A stretch of 64,000 bases of DNA from a plasmid. Below, one piece after another: positions 1 to 10,894 of this stretch. The translations under genes were made by a program, and so were the position numbers. The notes beneath the pieces are model-generated. The model was not told the origin of the DNA. It saw only the letters and a list, made by a program, of their open reading frames with translations, and did no database searches. Each line of letters opens with the position of its first letter. Position 1 is the stretch's first letter. The stretch lies in sequence record NZ_CP037472.2; one strand, given 5' to 3'.

Positions 1-360
1 GAAGCAGAACTTAAAAAGCAAAATTATGATGAGGATGTATTAAAAAAAGAGATTAAAAAAATATACGAGATTTACAAAGAAAAGCCTCATTTTATAACAG
101 AACGAGACAAGTATAAAGATTTAGATATACTAATAAGAAAAATAAAAGTTAATACAAATCTTTGCAAAGAACAAGAAAGAGAAAAAAGCGATATAAAAAA
201 TAATATTTTTAGTATATTATTAGAACAGTTAAGGCACAAGATAGATATTAGCATATTAATACCGGCCTTAAAGAATTTTATCAACGCTAAAGATGAGTTA
301 AGGTATAGTAAAGTTGTTGATAATACATATTATTATGAATTGCTCAAGACTATAGAATAA
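1..360 (+). CDS. C-terminal fragment of a K/E-rich plasmid protein, possibly PF57/62-like; the 5' end lies outside the window
   Basis: Open frame 1 runs from the window start to a TAA at 358-360. It is lysine/glutamate rich and sits where a PF57/62 gene lies upstream of PF50 and PF32 in Borrelia plasmids. Confidence 0.35.
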   Translation, partial: EAELKKQNYDEDVLKKEIKKIYEIYKEKPHFITERDKYKDLDILIRKIKVNTNLCKEQEREKSDIKNNIFSILLEQLRHKIDISILIPALKNFINAKDELRYSKVVDNTYYYELLKTIE

Positions 361-391
361 ATCATTATTAATTAACTAAGGAAAAGGAAGG

Positions 392-958
392 ATGGTGGCT
401 TTACTAGAATTATTGAAGCAAAAGAAAAAGGAATTATACCCTAGAAATCAGAGAAAGGAAAAAAATAATATTTTTTCTAAAGTGGAAGAGGTTAATAACC
501 GCAAGATATATCATACTAAGATATTTAATGATTTTTATACTTTTGGGATAAGTAAAAATGAACCAACAAAATTTTTCATATCTCTTAGAGGGATTTTTAA
601 TATAGAAGATATAAGTATGTTTCACTTATTTTCTTTAAGAGGCGATGATATTTTTTTAGGTATTTATTATGGGATTAAGAAGTTAGACAAGGCATTTTTA
701 GTGAGAAATTTTAATAAAAGAGAGACCTATACTCTTAGAAAATGTGAGTATATAGAATTTAGATTTAAGAAAGGAGGGGTTTTTTGTTATTTAAGTGGGC
801 TTCATAATTTGTTAAAAAAAAATAAGGTTGAAAGTTCTTATTATCAAACTTTATTGAATATACTCCTAGAATTAGAAAGGGAGCTTTATGCATTTTATGG
901 GAAACAATTGCCGGAAGGGGGTATTATTCCGAAATGGATACAAAAGAGACAAAAGTGA
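392..958 (+). CDS. PF50/PF57-like plasmid maintenance protein (putative)
   Basis: 188 aa ORF immediately upstream of the ParA gene and overlapping it by 25 nt. This position matches the conserved Borrelia replication-partition cassette (PF57/62, PF50, PF32, PF49). Confidence 0.45.
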   Translation: MVALLELLKQKKKELYPRNQRKEKNNIFSKVEEVNNRKIYHTKIFNDFYTFGISKNEPTKFFISLRGIFNIEDISMFHLFSLRGDDIFLGIYYGIKKLDKAFLVRNFNKRETYTLRKCEYIEFRFKKGGVFCYLSGLHNLLKKNKVESSYYQTLLNILLELERELYAFYGKQLPEGGIIPKWIQKRQK

Positions 959-1689
959 TTACTGTTGCATCAATAAAGGGTGGAGTAGGTAAAAGTACTA
1001 CAAGTTTAATATTTGCGTCACTTTTATCGCAATCGTTCAAAGTATTAATTATCGATATAGATACACAAGCATCAACTACTAGTTATTATTTTAAGGTAAT
1101 AAAGGAAAGAGGGTTGGACTTATTCAATAATAATATATATGAAGTTTTAATATCAAATTTGCATATTGATAATTCTGTTGTAAGTATTAACAATAATCTA
1201 GATCTAATCCCAAGTTATTTAACTTTGCACAAATTTAATTCAGAAGCAATTCCATATAAAGAATTTAGACTAAAAGAGCAGTTAAAATTGTTAAGCTTTA
1301 AGTATGATTATGTAATACTTGATACTAATCCTAGTTTAGACTTTACTTTAACGAATGCTTTGGTATGTAGTGATTATATTATAGTTCCAATCACGGCAGA
1401 AAAATGGGCCGTTGAGAGTTTGGATTTATTTAATTTTTTCATAGACAAGTTATCTATAAGGGCTCCTATTTATTTAATTAATACTAAGTTTAAAAGAAAT
1501 AATACACATAAAGAATTACTAAACATTTTAAAAGAAAATGATAATTTTTTAGGTACAATATCTGAGAGAGAAGATTTAAACAGAAAAATAGCCAAAAATG
1601 ATGTTTTTGATTTAAATAAAGATTATATAAAGGAGTATCAAAATACACTTTTGACCTTGATGAAGAAGATCAAAGGCGTTATGGCTTAA
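934..1689 (+). CDS. parA: ParA-family partition ATPase (Borrelia PF32)
   Basis: Deviant Walker A KGGVGKST near the N-terminus (ITVASIKGGVGKSTTS). ~250 aa ParA/Soj-like length. Followed by a PF49-like gene. Confidence 0.9.
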   Translation: MDTKETKVITVASIKGGVGKSTTSLIFASLLSQSFKVLIIDIDTQASTTSYYFKVIKERGLDLFNNNIYEVLISNLHIDNSVVSINNNLDLIPSYLTLHKFNSEAIPYKEFRLKEQLKLLSFKYDYVILDTNPSLDFTLTNALVCSDYIIVPITAEKWAVESLDLFNFFIDKLSIRAPIYLINTKFKRNNTHKELLNILKENDNFLGTISEREDLNRKIAKNDVFDLNKDYIKEYQNTLLTLMKKIKGVMA

Positions 1690-1706
1690 GCTTGAACTAA
1701 ACTTAT

Positions 1707-1721
1707 GTACACTTAGTGTAC
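1707..1721. promoter_or_regulatory. 15-bp palindrome GTACACTTAGTGTAC between parA (PF32) and the PF49 gene; possible operator or partition site
   Basis: Perfect inverted repeat gtacac-tta-gtgtac read directly in the intergenic spacer. Confidence 0.25.
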
Positions 1722-1744
1722 GTACAGCAAAAGGAGGGTTAAAA

Positions 1745-2290
1745 ATGGGAGTAGAGGTTAATAAAAGGAATTTAGCTAAAGAAGTTACACCTGAAGAAAG
1801 AATATCTATTCACTATAATAAGCTTAAGGAAAAATTAAAAATTAATTTTCAAAAAGAAATTTTTTGTAAAATTGAGGCAATGAAGGTTTTAAAAGAGATT
1901 AAGGATAAAGAATACTATAAGCTTGATAATTATGCTAGTTTTGATGATTTTGCTAAGGATTATAGACTTGCAAGAACTCAAACATATAAATATTTAAAGA
2001 TAGCAACTGCAATTGAGGAAGGAATTGTAGAGGAAAAGTATGTTATTAACAATGGTATTAATAACACTATGTTTTTGATAAGAAATAAAGAAGGTGTTAG
2101 TATAAAGAAGTCCAAGCAAAATCCTTTGAGGCCTCTGAGATTTCAGCTTAAATGTCCTGATGCTTATGCATTTTATAAGCGAAATGCTAAGCTTACTAGC
2201 TTTCTTTTAGAGAAAGTTTTTTTAGATGAAAAAGAATTTTTATCTAAAATAATAAATCAATTTGATTCTTTAAAGAAGGTTAAAAAATAG
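1745..2290 (+). CDS. PF49-like plasmid partition/replication protein (putative ParB analogue)
   Basis: 181 aa basic protein directly downstream of PF32, the canonical Borrelia arrangement. RBS AAAGGAGGG lies 8 nt upstream. Confidence 0.55.
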   Translation: MGVEVNKRNLAKEVTPEERISIHYNKLKEKLKINFQKEIFCKIEAMKVLKEIKDKEYYKLDNYASFDDFAKDYRLARTQTYKYLKIATAIEEGIVEEKYVINNGINNTMFLIRNKEGVSIKKSKQNPLRPLRFQLKCPDAYAFYKRNAKLTSFLLEKVFLDEKEFLSKIINQFDSLKKVKK

Positions 2291-2598
2291 AATACTAGAA
2301 TTATGGTGTTGGATTTATTTCTAAAAATTTTTCAAAAATTAGTGGTATGAGTAGGACAAAGGTTTTAGAAATAGACCTAATAATTAATATCAAAATTTTT
2401 AACATTTTATTTGTATGAGTATAGTTTTATTATTTATTTAATAATAATTTGGTATTTAATAATTTTTTCTAGATAAGAAATTTAGATGAATAAAGGTTAA
2501 GTTTCAAGATAACTTTTTTTGATTTTAAAAAAATTAAAAAAATATTGAAAAAAATTTGCAAAATGTTTGAAATTGTTATATATTATAATAAGTACAGA

Positions 2599-2700
2599 TT
2601 GACATGCAATGTGTCACTCTTAATATAAGGACCTGTTACCTTAAAGGGTTTATTAGGGCCTTTGAGGCCAGAGTTTCTAATAAACCCTTTAATTTTTGTG
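2599..2700 (+). ncRNA. Candidate small RNA: sigma70-like promoter, 16-bp perfect hairpin and U-run
   Basis: TTGACA at 2599-2604, a 16-17 nt spacer, then TAATAT at 2621-2626. Perfect stem ttaaagggtttattag (2641-2656) pairs with ctaataaaccctttaa (2677-2692), with an inner GGCC/GGCC mini-stem. Followed immediately by TTTTTGTG. No ORF is present. Confidence 0.4.
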
Positions 2701-3225
2701 GCTCAACAGTCGTATTTTTATCAATTTTATGGGAATTATTATTATGTAAATAAAAAGCATAAAAAATATTTTGTTAGCTTTAATTTTTAGGTTTAATGCA
2801 TAAAAAAGTTTTTTTGGTAAGTTAAAAGGATTAGTGCCAATTTGAATAAATTGGGATTATAATTTCGAATTTATGGGTATTTAACTTGACATTAATATGA
2901 TAATATCTTAGTATTACACTTCCTAAAGATATATTTTATGGCATATAGTAATTATGCTGGTGGTATTAAGCTTTAAATTTATAATTTTTTATGTTTTATG
3001 TTATTAGTTACATTGGCATTGAAGTTGTTATCAGTTTATTATCATGATATTTTGTTTTAAAATGATTTTTAGTAATACTTTTCTCCTTTTTTATAGATAT
3101 TGGATCTTTACAGGGGGATGTTATCCAATATCTATTTTTATTGTATTTAAATTTTTTTCTATTTAACTTATTCTTAATTAATTTGAGCTTGTTTTTTTGT
3201 AAAAACTCGTTTACAATTTATTTAA

Positions 3226-3786
3226 ATGGTATTTAAAAATAGAGAATCGAAATATAATATTTTATTTGGGTCAAACTTAAGTATAGCTAATATTGCAAAG
3301 ATTATGGATGTTAGTGAGTCGACTGTTTTAAAGGCTAGGCTTAGTATTTTAGGGGAATTTGCAAGTAATATAGATAACACTGATACTACCTTTGTATCTT
3401 CTAGTGATACCGATTTAGATAGTCTTGCCAGAAGTGCAACAATTGAAGCTTACAAGCTTGAAGGGGAGCGAGATAGATTTTATAAAGAGTTTTATAGAAT
3501 TGCAAATTCTTATATTAACTCTCATTTTAAATATAAAGAGTTTAGTTTTCAATCTGCCTTTAAGAAATTAATTAATCTTAATGAAAAGATTTCAAGTTTA
3601 GAAAAGGAAATAAGTGGCAGCAATGATGCAAACTTATGTAGGAGACTTAGATTGAAATTACAGCATAAGATTTATAAGAGAAATCGAATGTCTAAAAATC
3701 TTATTTTAAATGATATGAAAGAAGATTATGAATGTTTGATGAAACTAAAGGAAATTTTTAAGTCTAAGGGCTTAAAGTTGGGGTAG
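3226..3786 (+). CDS. Phage terminase small subunit (putative, HTH-containing)
   Basis: 186 aa. N-terminal HTH-like segment SIANIAKIMDVSESTVLKARL. Stop is 2 nt before the large terminase start. Confidence 0.4.
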   Translation: MVFKNRESKYNILFGSNLSIANIAKIMDVSESTVLKARLSILGEFASNIDNTDTTFVSSSDTDLDSLARSATIEAYKLEGERDRFYKEFYRIANSYINSHFKYKEFSFQSAFKKLINLNEKISSLEKEISGSNDANLCRRLRLKLQHKIYKRNRMSKNLILNDMKEDYECLMKLKEIFKSKGLKLG

Positions 3787-3788
3787 TT

Positions 3789-5141
3789 TTGAAATTAAAT
3801 GATTCATCAGTTTTCATTAAGTTGCAGAAGAGATTTAAACAAAAATTTAATATTAATATTGCCAAGTTTGCAAAAGATCAAAATGACAAGATTAATTTTA
3901 AATTGTTTGAAGAGAGATATTTAACGCTTAAGCAAAGAGAAGTGTTGGATGATATAAATGATAATTTTTGCTCTAAATTGATCTTTAATGGTGGAATATC
4001 TAGTGGCAAGACATTTTTGGCCTCATATTTGCTTATTAAATTTTTGATTCAAAATCAGCATTGTTATCATAAAGATACTAATAATTTTATTGTGGGAAGT
4101 TCAATTGGTGCGTTACTTTCTAATACGCTTAAGCAGATAGAAAAGATCTGTCAGTTTTTAGATGTGGATTGTGTTTTAAAAGTTTCTCGTAGTATTTCAT
4201 GTACCATTGCAGGTCTGACACTTAATGTTTATGGTGGAAAGAACAGAGATGCTTTTTCAAAGATTAGGGGAAGTAATTCTGCTTTGGTGTATGTTAATGA
4301 AGCAACTTTAATGCATAAAGAGACTTTGCTTGAGGTAATGAAAAGGTTGAGGCAGAAGCCAGCTATTGTTATTTTTGATACTAATTCTGATCATCCTGCA
4401 CATTACTTTAAAACAGATTATATTGATAATAGAGATGTGTATAGAACATATAATTTTAGCATTTATGATAATCCCTTAAATTCAAGAGATTTTATTGAAA
4501 CTCAAGAAATGATTTATAAGAATTTATCTGCTTACAAAGCTAGAGTGATGCTTGGGCAATGGACAGTGAGTGTTGATGCGTGTTTTAATGAAGTTATCTT
4601 AAATGAAGATTATGTATTTAAGAGTCCAATTATGTATATTGATCCTGCTTTTTCAGTTGGTATGGATAATACTGCTATTTGTGTCTTTGAAAGAATGGGT
4701 GATAAGTATTATGCATATATTTATCAGGATAGGAAGCCTGTAAGTGATGATTCAATTCTTAATGCAATTAGTGTACTTGCAGAAAATTTTAATATTAATA
4801 CTCTTTATGTTGAAGACCGAGATAATACTGATGGACATGGATTTTTAACTAAGCTTATGGTATCTATTCGGCAAGGTATGAATCATTATTTTAAGATATC
4901 AGCAATTAAACCTTTAAGCAATAAGTTTGTACGGATATGTGCTTTAATACCTTTGTTTAATGCTCGCAGAATAGAGTTTTTAAAGATTATGGATAAAAAT
5001 GTAATAAATGATATTTATAGCTATAGCGGAGCCTTTAAGGGAAGAGATGATTGTCTTGATGTATTAAGTGCTTGTTATTTACTCTTAAATCTTGATCATA
5101 AAGACGGAATAAAACATTTTACCAAGAGCAGATATATTTAA
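3789..5141 (+). CDS. Phage terminase large subunit (PBSX/cp32 type)
   Basis: Walker A FNGGISSGKTF and Walker B-like VYVNEATLM. C-terminal RNaseH-like nuclease region (IDPAFSVGMDNTAICVF ... YVEDRDNTDGHG). 450 aa. Confidence 0.8.
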   Translation: MKLNDSSVFIKLQKRFKQKFNINIAKFAKDQNDKINFKLFEERYLTLKQREVLDDINDNFCSKLIFNGGISSGKTFLASYLLIKFLIQNQHCYHKDTNNFIVGSSIGALLSNTLKQIEKICQFLDVDCVLKVSRSISCTIAGLTLNVYGGKNRDAFSKIRGSNSALVYVNEATLMHKETLLEVMKRLRQKPAIVIFDTNSDHPAHYFKTDYIDNRDVYRTYNFSIYDNPLNSRDFIETQEMIYKNLSAYKARVMLGQWTVSVDACFNEVILNEDYVFKSPIMYIDPAFSVGMDNTAICVFERMGDKYYAYIYQDRKPVSDDSILNAISVLAENFNINTLYVEDRDNTDGHGFLTKLMVSIRQGMNHYFKISAIKPLSNKFVRICALIPLFNARRIEFLKIMDKNVINDIYSYSGAFKGRDDCLDVLSACYLLLNLDHKDGIKHFTKSRYI

Positions 5142-6120
5142 GGGTTTTATTTTAAAAATATTTAACACTTATGAATTGATTTCTTCTTCAATGTTGATAA
5201 ATTATAAAATAATTTATTCTAATTAAATCTACTTGAAATATATTATACAATTTATCATTAATAATATCAATATTATAGTCTTAATTATTATAATTTAGTG
5301 CTTAAAGAAGTTTAGATATAATGTACTTTATTTATTATTATGATATACTTAAAGTACCTTATGATATAATTATTATTGCTTTCAAATTGAGGGTGAGAAA
5401 TTTAATGAAGAGGCTTTAGTTTTTATTTGATTATCAATTTGTTGTCTCATTTTAGAGACTCCTTAGAGTTAAGTATCCTTGACAGGAAGGAAAAAGATGT
5501 AAGTGAATCAAAGTTGATAAATTGTACTAAGGTTAGTAATTATAAGGAAAAAGAGAAAGTTGTTTTGGGTAGTATAGATGATAAAGTTTTTTAAAAGATA
5601 TGGGTTGTAAAATTATATTCTTTAAAAATTATTGTGTTAGGTAGCTCTGAATAGCAATTTAAAGATAATGATGTTTGTGATTTATATTTTTAAAGGTTTG
5701 GTGTTATTTTAGGGAGACAAGATCAATTAATCTTAAGGCTCAACATGTAATTTAAAATATGAATAAATATAAAGCTTTCGGAATACCGGGGCTTTGATTG
5801 TTTGATTAGCAGGAAATTCTAGAATAAAAGTTTTAGTCATTTTTTCAAATCAAATTATAAATTTGATTTACAAATCCGAATTGAATTTTTTAGATTGTCT
5901 GTATTAAAAGAAATTTGGGAATAATCTTCTTGATGTTTAATTTATTAAAGTAATTTTTATTATTTTAATAAATTCTTAAAGATTTAAGCTTTCAAATGAT
6001 ATAAAGTAATTGAAAAAATACACCACCAAAGCAGTGTATTTTTTCAAATTTGTTTAAAACCTATAGTTGTATATTATCTTTAATTTACATTGAATCTTTA
6101 AAAGTTTTCAAATCTTTCTT

Positions 6121-6588
6121 TTATGCTGATAGACTATCTCGGAAATTTTTCAGTGTCAACTCATAACTTCCAGCTGCAGTAACATCACTTTCAAATTTTA
6201 GTTTGCTTAGTACTTCAGCAAATTCCTCATCAATCTTCACAATATTAGCATCTTTATTTTTTTTAGCTTCTTCCAGTTGCTTTTTTGCGTTTAAAGCTTT
6301 AAGAAATTTTTCTTTATCTTGTGCGTTGCCAAGTCCATTCAAGGCTGTTGCTAAGTTAGTATCCTTGTATGTCTTACCTGCGTCTGCTGGAACTAATACG
6401 CTTGTTATATCTGCAAAAGACTCCTTAAGAGGCATTAGCTTGTCTTTATCTTGAATAACTTGTACGTATTTATCACCTTCCCCTGTACCAGGTTTGTATA
6501 CAGTAGCATTATCTTTGCCCATATTACTACAACTCACTAATAGTGAAAATAACATCATGGTCATACCACTTAGAATGATTTTTTTCAT
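6121..6588 (-). CDS. Lipoprotein, function unknown
   Basis: Signal peptide plus lipobox LLVSC-S (MKKIILSGMTMMLFSLLVSCSN). Lysine-rich mature protein. RBS AAGGAGAA upstream. Confidence 0.6.
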   Translation of the reverse strand: MKKIILSGMTMMLFSLLVSCSNMGKDNATVYKPGTGEGDKYVQVIQDKDKLMPLKESFADITSVLVPADAGKTYKDTNLATALNGLGNAQDKEKFLKALNAKKQLEEAKKNKDANIVKIDEEFAEVLSKLKFESDVTAAGSYELTLKNFRDSLSA

Positions 6589-7085
6589 AAATATTCTCCT
6601 TTTACCGTATTTTAATATGGTAATATTAATTGATTTGCTTTTATGGTATCATTTTTAGTTAAGAAATACAAGCATATTATATTTTAATAAATATTCTTTA
6701 TAAAGAATATTTATTAAAATATGCTAATTAAGCTCTTGATTTGTAATTTTAAGGGATACTTGATTTTTGGTTTTATATCTAAACATATTTATGTTTTATG
6801 TGTGTATTTAAATCTTGTAAATGTTATTAATTTATAATTATACTTAAATTATGCTTATAAAATTTTTTTCTGCTTAGTAGTTTTTATAATTTTATGGCAA
6901 TGTTTTTATTCTATTTTGAAATAAATGTCTTTTTTTTTAAGTATTTTGACAAAATTATAAATTATTTAGCTATACTAAAATGTTAATAAGTATTTTAAAT
7001 GGTGGATTTGATTGAGTATTAGGCTAGCATCTTTAAAGATGCTACACTCTAGTTTTTAGGCTATGGTGTGGCATCTTTATTTTTA

Positions 7086-7871
7086 TTAAAGTTTAAAATC
7101 AGGTGCAATTTTTGATATTTCTGGATATTGGTTAATTGTATCTTGTATTAAACGAACCAGGTAAGTAGTGTCAAGTAGTATTTCATACTCATTGGTTGTT
7201 TGATCGTTCATGTTTTGAACTTGTATTTTAGCTTGAATGTATTCATTTTGTGTAAGAGCCATTATTGTTTCTTTTTTGTGCTTTCCTACCCAAAATGTAT
7301 TTGTATAAGCAAATCCAGGTTCTTGTGAGGGTTCTCTCTTTGGTAGTGGAATGTGGAGCCAATTATAAAGTTCATATTTTCTATAATTGAAATCTAATTC
7401 GGGATTGTCTTTTAGATAAAAGTTTGCAACTGTAAGGTCTTCACCTCCATTTTGAGTTGATTGAAATATTACAACAGGCATAATCCTATTTGTAAAGCTA
7501 CCATTTTGTTTAATTGGAGATATTGAGTAAGAATATTTAATTTTCCCTTCAAGTTCTTTTATGGGTTTGTTATCTAATCCTTTAATGTTTAGGCCCTTAT
7601 TTTTCATCCATTCTAGTTTTTGTGTTGTAAAACCCGAACTAACTTCTTTAATACCTGTTAGTGTTTCATATTTTTCTTTCTTATTTTGTATGGAAGGGTC
7701 ATTAGATGAGCTAACTTGTTCATCTTGTTTTTTAATTAATTTATTTAAGTAAAGATTGCGCTTAGCATTGATTCTTTTCATTTCTTCAGCACTCTTGGAG
7801 TTCGTTTTTCCACTAGTATTGCATTGAATGCAAAGTATTACAATAGGTATTATTAATAGTAAATTTTTCAT
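7086..7871 (-). CDS. Lipoprotein, paralog of 29763-30569
   Basis: Signal/lipobox IVILCIQC-N. Shares the block YSYSISPIKQNGSFTNRIMPVVIFQS with the 29763 gene (YSVSPIKYNDQYSKYVMPLILFES). Confidence 0.6.
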   Translation of the reverse strand: MKNLLLIIPIVILCIQCNTSGKTNSKSAEEMKRINAKRNLYLNKLIKKQDEQVSSSNDPSIQNKKEKYETLTGIKEVSSGFTTQKLEWMKNKGLNIKGLDNKPIKELEGKIKYSYSISPIKQNGSFTNRIMPVVIFQSTQNGGEDLTVANFYLKDNPELDFNYRKYELYNWLHIPLPKREPSQEPGFAYTNTFWVGKHKKETIMALTQNEYIQAKIQVQNMNDQTTNEYEILLDTTYLVRLIQDTINQYPEISKIAPDFKL

Positions 7872-8105
7872 ATTAACAAATATTCTCCTTTTTATTTAAA
7901 AAATTATTTCATGTTTCTTTATATCTAAGTACATTATACATAAATACATTTATAGATTTGTACTCATTTATTGTACTAAACATAAATTATACATAAAACT
8001 TCATTATCTCATAAGTCTATAATTTTGTTATTTTAATTTTATTTATTTTATTCAATAATCTTGATCTATTTGTAAATAGTATGTTATATTTTTCCTCAAT
8101 AAAGT

Positions 8106-8663
8106 ATGTTAAGGATTTTGATGTTAAGTTTTATTTTTATGTTATCCCTTTTTATTTGTGGCTGTGGAGGGTCATCTTCAGAAAGTGTTAAGGTTACCCA
8201 TTATAGTAATAAAGGCAAAGCTACTATAAGTGTAAATATAAGTAATGATTCAGGGACTTGTGTTATATATTATCCTTATATTAGTGGTGATAAGAAGTAT
8301 CTTCTTGTAGATTTTAACATTTCAACTAATAAGCCTCTTAATCTTTTAAAAGTTTCGTTTAATGGGGTTAAAGTTGATCACAAATATTTATGGTTGTCTT
8401 ATGATCAACAGTTAAAATTAAATTGGGAGCAGTATTTTTTGCCTTTTGATGATTCGATTGAATTAACACATTTTATTATTCATCTAGAGCCTAGCTTAGG
8501 TGAACATTTACAGTTGTTAGAGTTTGCAAAAAAAGAGGGTCTTAAGTTTGATATTGAATGTATTGAGAGGGACAGCGGTATGAAGCAAAAGATTTCTTTT
8601 CAGTTAAGTGCAGGTAACAGCAAAAAATTCTTTGATCTTCTTGATAATTTAATAAGCTCTTGA
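8106..8663 (+). CDS. Lipoprotein; C-terminus related to the 10895 and 11589 family
   Basis: Lipobox LFICGC-G. C-terminal KISFQLSAGNSKKFFDLLDNL resembles YYFKISAANLRKFIDSL of 10895. Confidence 0.5.
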   Translation: MLRILMLSFIFMLSLFICGCGGSSSESVKVTHYSNKGKATISVNISNDSGTCVIYYPYISGDKKYLLVDFNISTNKPLNLLKVSFNGVKVDHKYLWLSYDQQLKLNWEQYFLPFDDSIELTHFIIHLEPSLGEHLQLLEFAKKEGLKFDIECIERDSGMKQKISFQLSAGNSKKFFDLLDNLISS

Positions 8664-8708
8664 AGATTTTGCTTTTTCTTTAAGTTAAATGGGATTTGAG
8701 GAGAGTTT

Positions 8709-9386
8709 ATGGGCAAAATTAAATCATTTTTATTTAAAGTGTATGTTTGTTTTCTTTCGTGTTTTTTTATGTTTTTCGTATTCTTTTTTGTCTTATTTAT
8801 CAGTCCAGGTTTTATGAATAACTTTTTTAATGAAGGACGTTATAATTCATTTCCTTATAATTATAATGATATGACTGATATGATAGGTAAGCTAACTTAC
8901 TCTAAGGAGTTTGATCATAGTAGTATAAAGAGTATCTCATTTGTAATGAGGTATTTGAATGTCTACTCTAAGGATTTTAAAGCTTTAAATGATAATGAAA
9001 AGCAAAGGATGATAGATTCCTATCCAACTTTTGAGTTAAAGTTTATGGTACCTGATAAACGTTTACTAAATTTTAAGAATGTGATTTTTGATGGAGTTGC
9101 TGCTAAGCTTTATCATGATCAAATCACTGAGTCAAAGTTTAACTCATCAGATGCATTATATTTCCAAATTGATGGTAATAGTGAGTTACCTCAGAAAATT
9201 TTGGGGCAACATTTAGTTAATGTAGAAAATATATTTAACATTAAACTTAATGAAGTTCTATTTAGGGCATTACGTGAGCAGCAAAAGTTAAAAATTACTT
9301 TAATCTCTCATGATAATGTAGGGTATAGTCTTAATATGGATAATTTTTTATCTAAAGATATGTTTAACATTTTAAATAAGAGTTAA
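8709..9386 (+). CDS. Membrane/secreted protein, paralog of 12203 and 12911
   Basis: Hydrophobic N-terminus. Shared blocks HSSIKSISF, FKNVIFDGV and KLKITLISHDN..LNMDNF. Confidence 0.5.
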   Translation: MGKIKSFLFKVYVCFLSCFFMFFVFFFVLFISPGFMNNFFNEGRYNSFPYNYNDMTDMIGKLTYSKEFDHSSIKSISFVMRYLNVYSKDFKALNDNEKQRMIDSYPTFELKFMVPDKRLLNFKNVIFDGVAAKLYHDQITESKFNSSDALYFQIDGNSELPQKILGQHLVNVENIFNIKLNEVLFRALREQQKLKITLISHDNVGYSLNMDNFLSKDMFNILNKS

Positions 9387-9692
9387 AAAATTAAAAAATA
9401 TTATCTTTTTAGCAAGTTTCTTAATATTTATGGCAATAAAGGTAGGTGATAGCATGTCGACTGTTTACTGAATCCGGGTATAGTGGCTCTTATTATTAAT
9501 AAATATTAACTTGCTATTCATTATAAATCGAAATCTAGTGCTAAAATTTTAGGCGGCATTTCAATTTTGTGTATCTAAGAAATTGATAGTTTTTTACCTT
9601 AAATTTTGTGAAAAATTAAGAACAAAATGGATGTAAATTTGTTTAATTTAAATTTATTGATATATAATGTTGATTCTGATTTTTATTAAAAT

Positions 9693-10604
9693 TTGAGGAG
9701 AGATATGAAAAATTTCAGTATTTTTGTGTTTTTATCAATATTAACATTAAGTTGTGAACTTGATGGTGTTTCCGCATTAATTACTGATTTGATGGGTAAT
9801 CATGAAGTTGTGGTTGCTGGTGCTAAAGCAGGAAATTTTGATGAGGTTCTTGATTTAGATGGTGATGATGAAGAGGCAGAGATCGATGAGATTGAGCAGA
9901 ATCTTTCAGAAGGTGTTGATGGTAATATTGACCAAAATCCAGGAAATGTTGATGGGCATATTGTTTTAGTTGATGCTCAAGGAGTAAGTGTTCCAACAGT
10001 TGTAGAACATTCTGCTGTGAGTTCAAGTGTAGAGCGTAGGGTTGTCACTGTGGGACAAAATGTAGAGTCTAGGAGGCTTACAAAAGTTGAGCGTTTAGAA
10101 AAATATCTTGAAAGTGCTATTAAGTCTGGTGGCAAGTTAAATGAGCAGCAAAGGCGATTAAAAAATGGGAAACAAATGTTATTTACATGGTTGAACGAAG
10201 ATGCTAATGCTTCTAAGAGAGCAGAATTAGAACAAGATATGCAGAAGCTATATGGTTTAATAAAAGAGAGTATAACTGACAGTTCATCACAATTTAGTAG
10301 TCGAGATGGTGAATATAGTGATGAAGCAATTGATGGTTTATTAAATAGTCTTTTTAGCAGCTCCTTTGATAATACTTTTGCTTTAGATTTATTTTTCCAA
10401 GCATTATTAAATACTCTTTGTGATTTTAAAAAAGATAATTGTAAAGATGAAGAGGTAATCTTTGCAGATATAAGAAAGGTATTTTCTGATGAATCTGATA
10501 CAAAAGGTCATTTTGGATATTTAAAATCCAAGCTTAAGGATGAGTTAGTTATTTCAGATGAGGGAGATTACGAGGAAGATGGAGATTTTGAAGAAGAAGA
10601 TTAA
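9693..10604 (+). CDS. Acidic lipoprotein
   Basis: Signal MKNFSIFVFLSILTLSC-E. D/E-rich stretches (DLDGDDEEAEIDEIEQ; C-terminal DEGDYEEDGDFEEED). Confidence 0.5.
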   Translation: MRRDMKNFSIFVFLSILTLSCELDGVSALITDLMGNHEVVVAGAKAGNFDEVLDLDGDDEEAEIDEIEQNLSEGVDGNIDQNPGNVDGHIVLVDAQGVSVPTVVEHSAVSSSVERRVVTVGQNVESRRLTKVERLEKYLESAIKSGGKLNEQQRRLKNGKQMLFTWLNEDANASKRAELEQDMQKLYGLIKESITDSSSQFSSRDGEYSDEAIDGLLNSLFSSSFDNTFALDLFFQALLNTLCDFKKDNCKDEEVIFADIRKVFSDESDTKGHFGYLKSKLKDELVISDEGDYEEDGDFEEED

Positions 10605-10894
10605 GGTGTTGAGATTTCATCTTATTTATTAAGTAGTGATTTTGTTTTTTAACAATTTACCCAAAAGCTTTTAAGAAGTTTTTAGGGTAAATTGTTTGTT
10701 TTTAAGGTTTAGTGTTGTTTAATGATTTAAATTTTTGTTTTTTAGTCAATAATCAATTTTAGAGATTTAGATTGTATTTAAATGAAATCAGTTTAATTTG
10801 CTTTAAGAGGCGTTTTGATCTGAGAGTTGATTAATGTTTTTTTAGAGGATAGACTTGGTTTATATATTCAAGCTTTATAAGGAGTATTTAAATT

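Noticed and set aside
87-284. 65-aa minus-strand ORF inside the first plus-strand reading frame
   Set aside because: It lies antisense within a longer open frame (1-360) that fits the partition-cassette context, and has low-complexity Leu/Ile/Ser composition typical of spurious AT-rich ORFs.
434-625. 63-aa antisense ORF within the PF50-like gene
   Set aside because: It is fully contained antisense in a better-supported CDS, with no RBS.
6203-6454. 83-aa plus-strand ORF overlapping the minus-strand lipoprotein gene
   Set aside because: It is a shadow ORF of the Lys/Ala-rich lipoprotein on the opposite strand (Ser/Leu/Phe-rich mirror translation).
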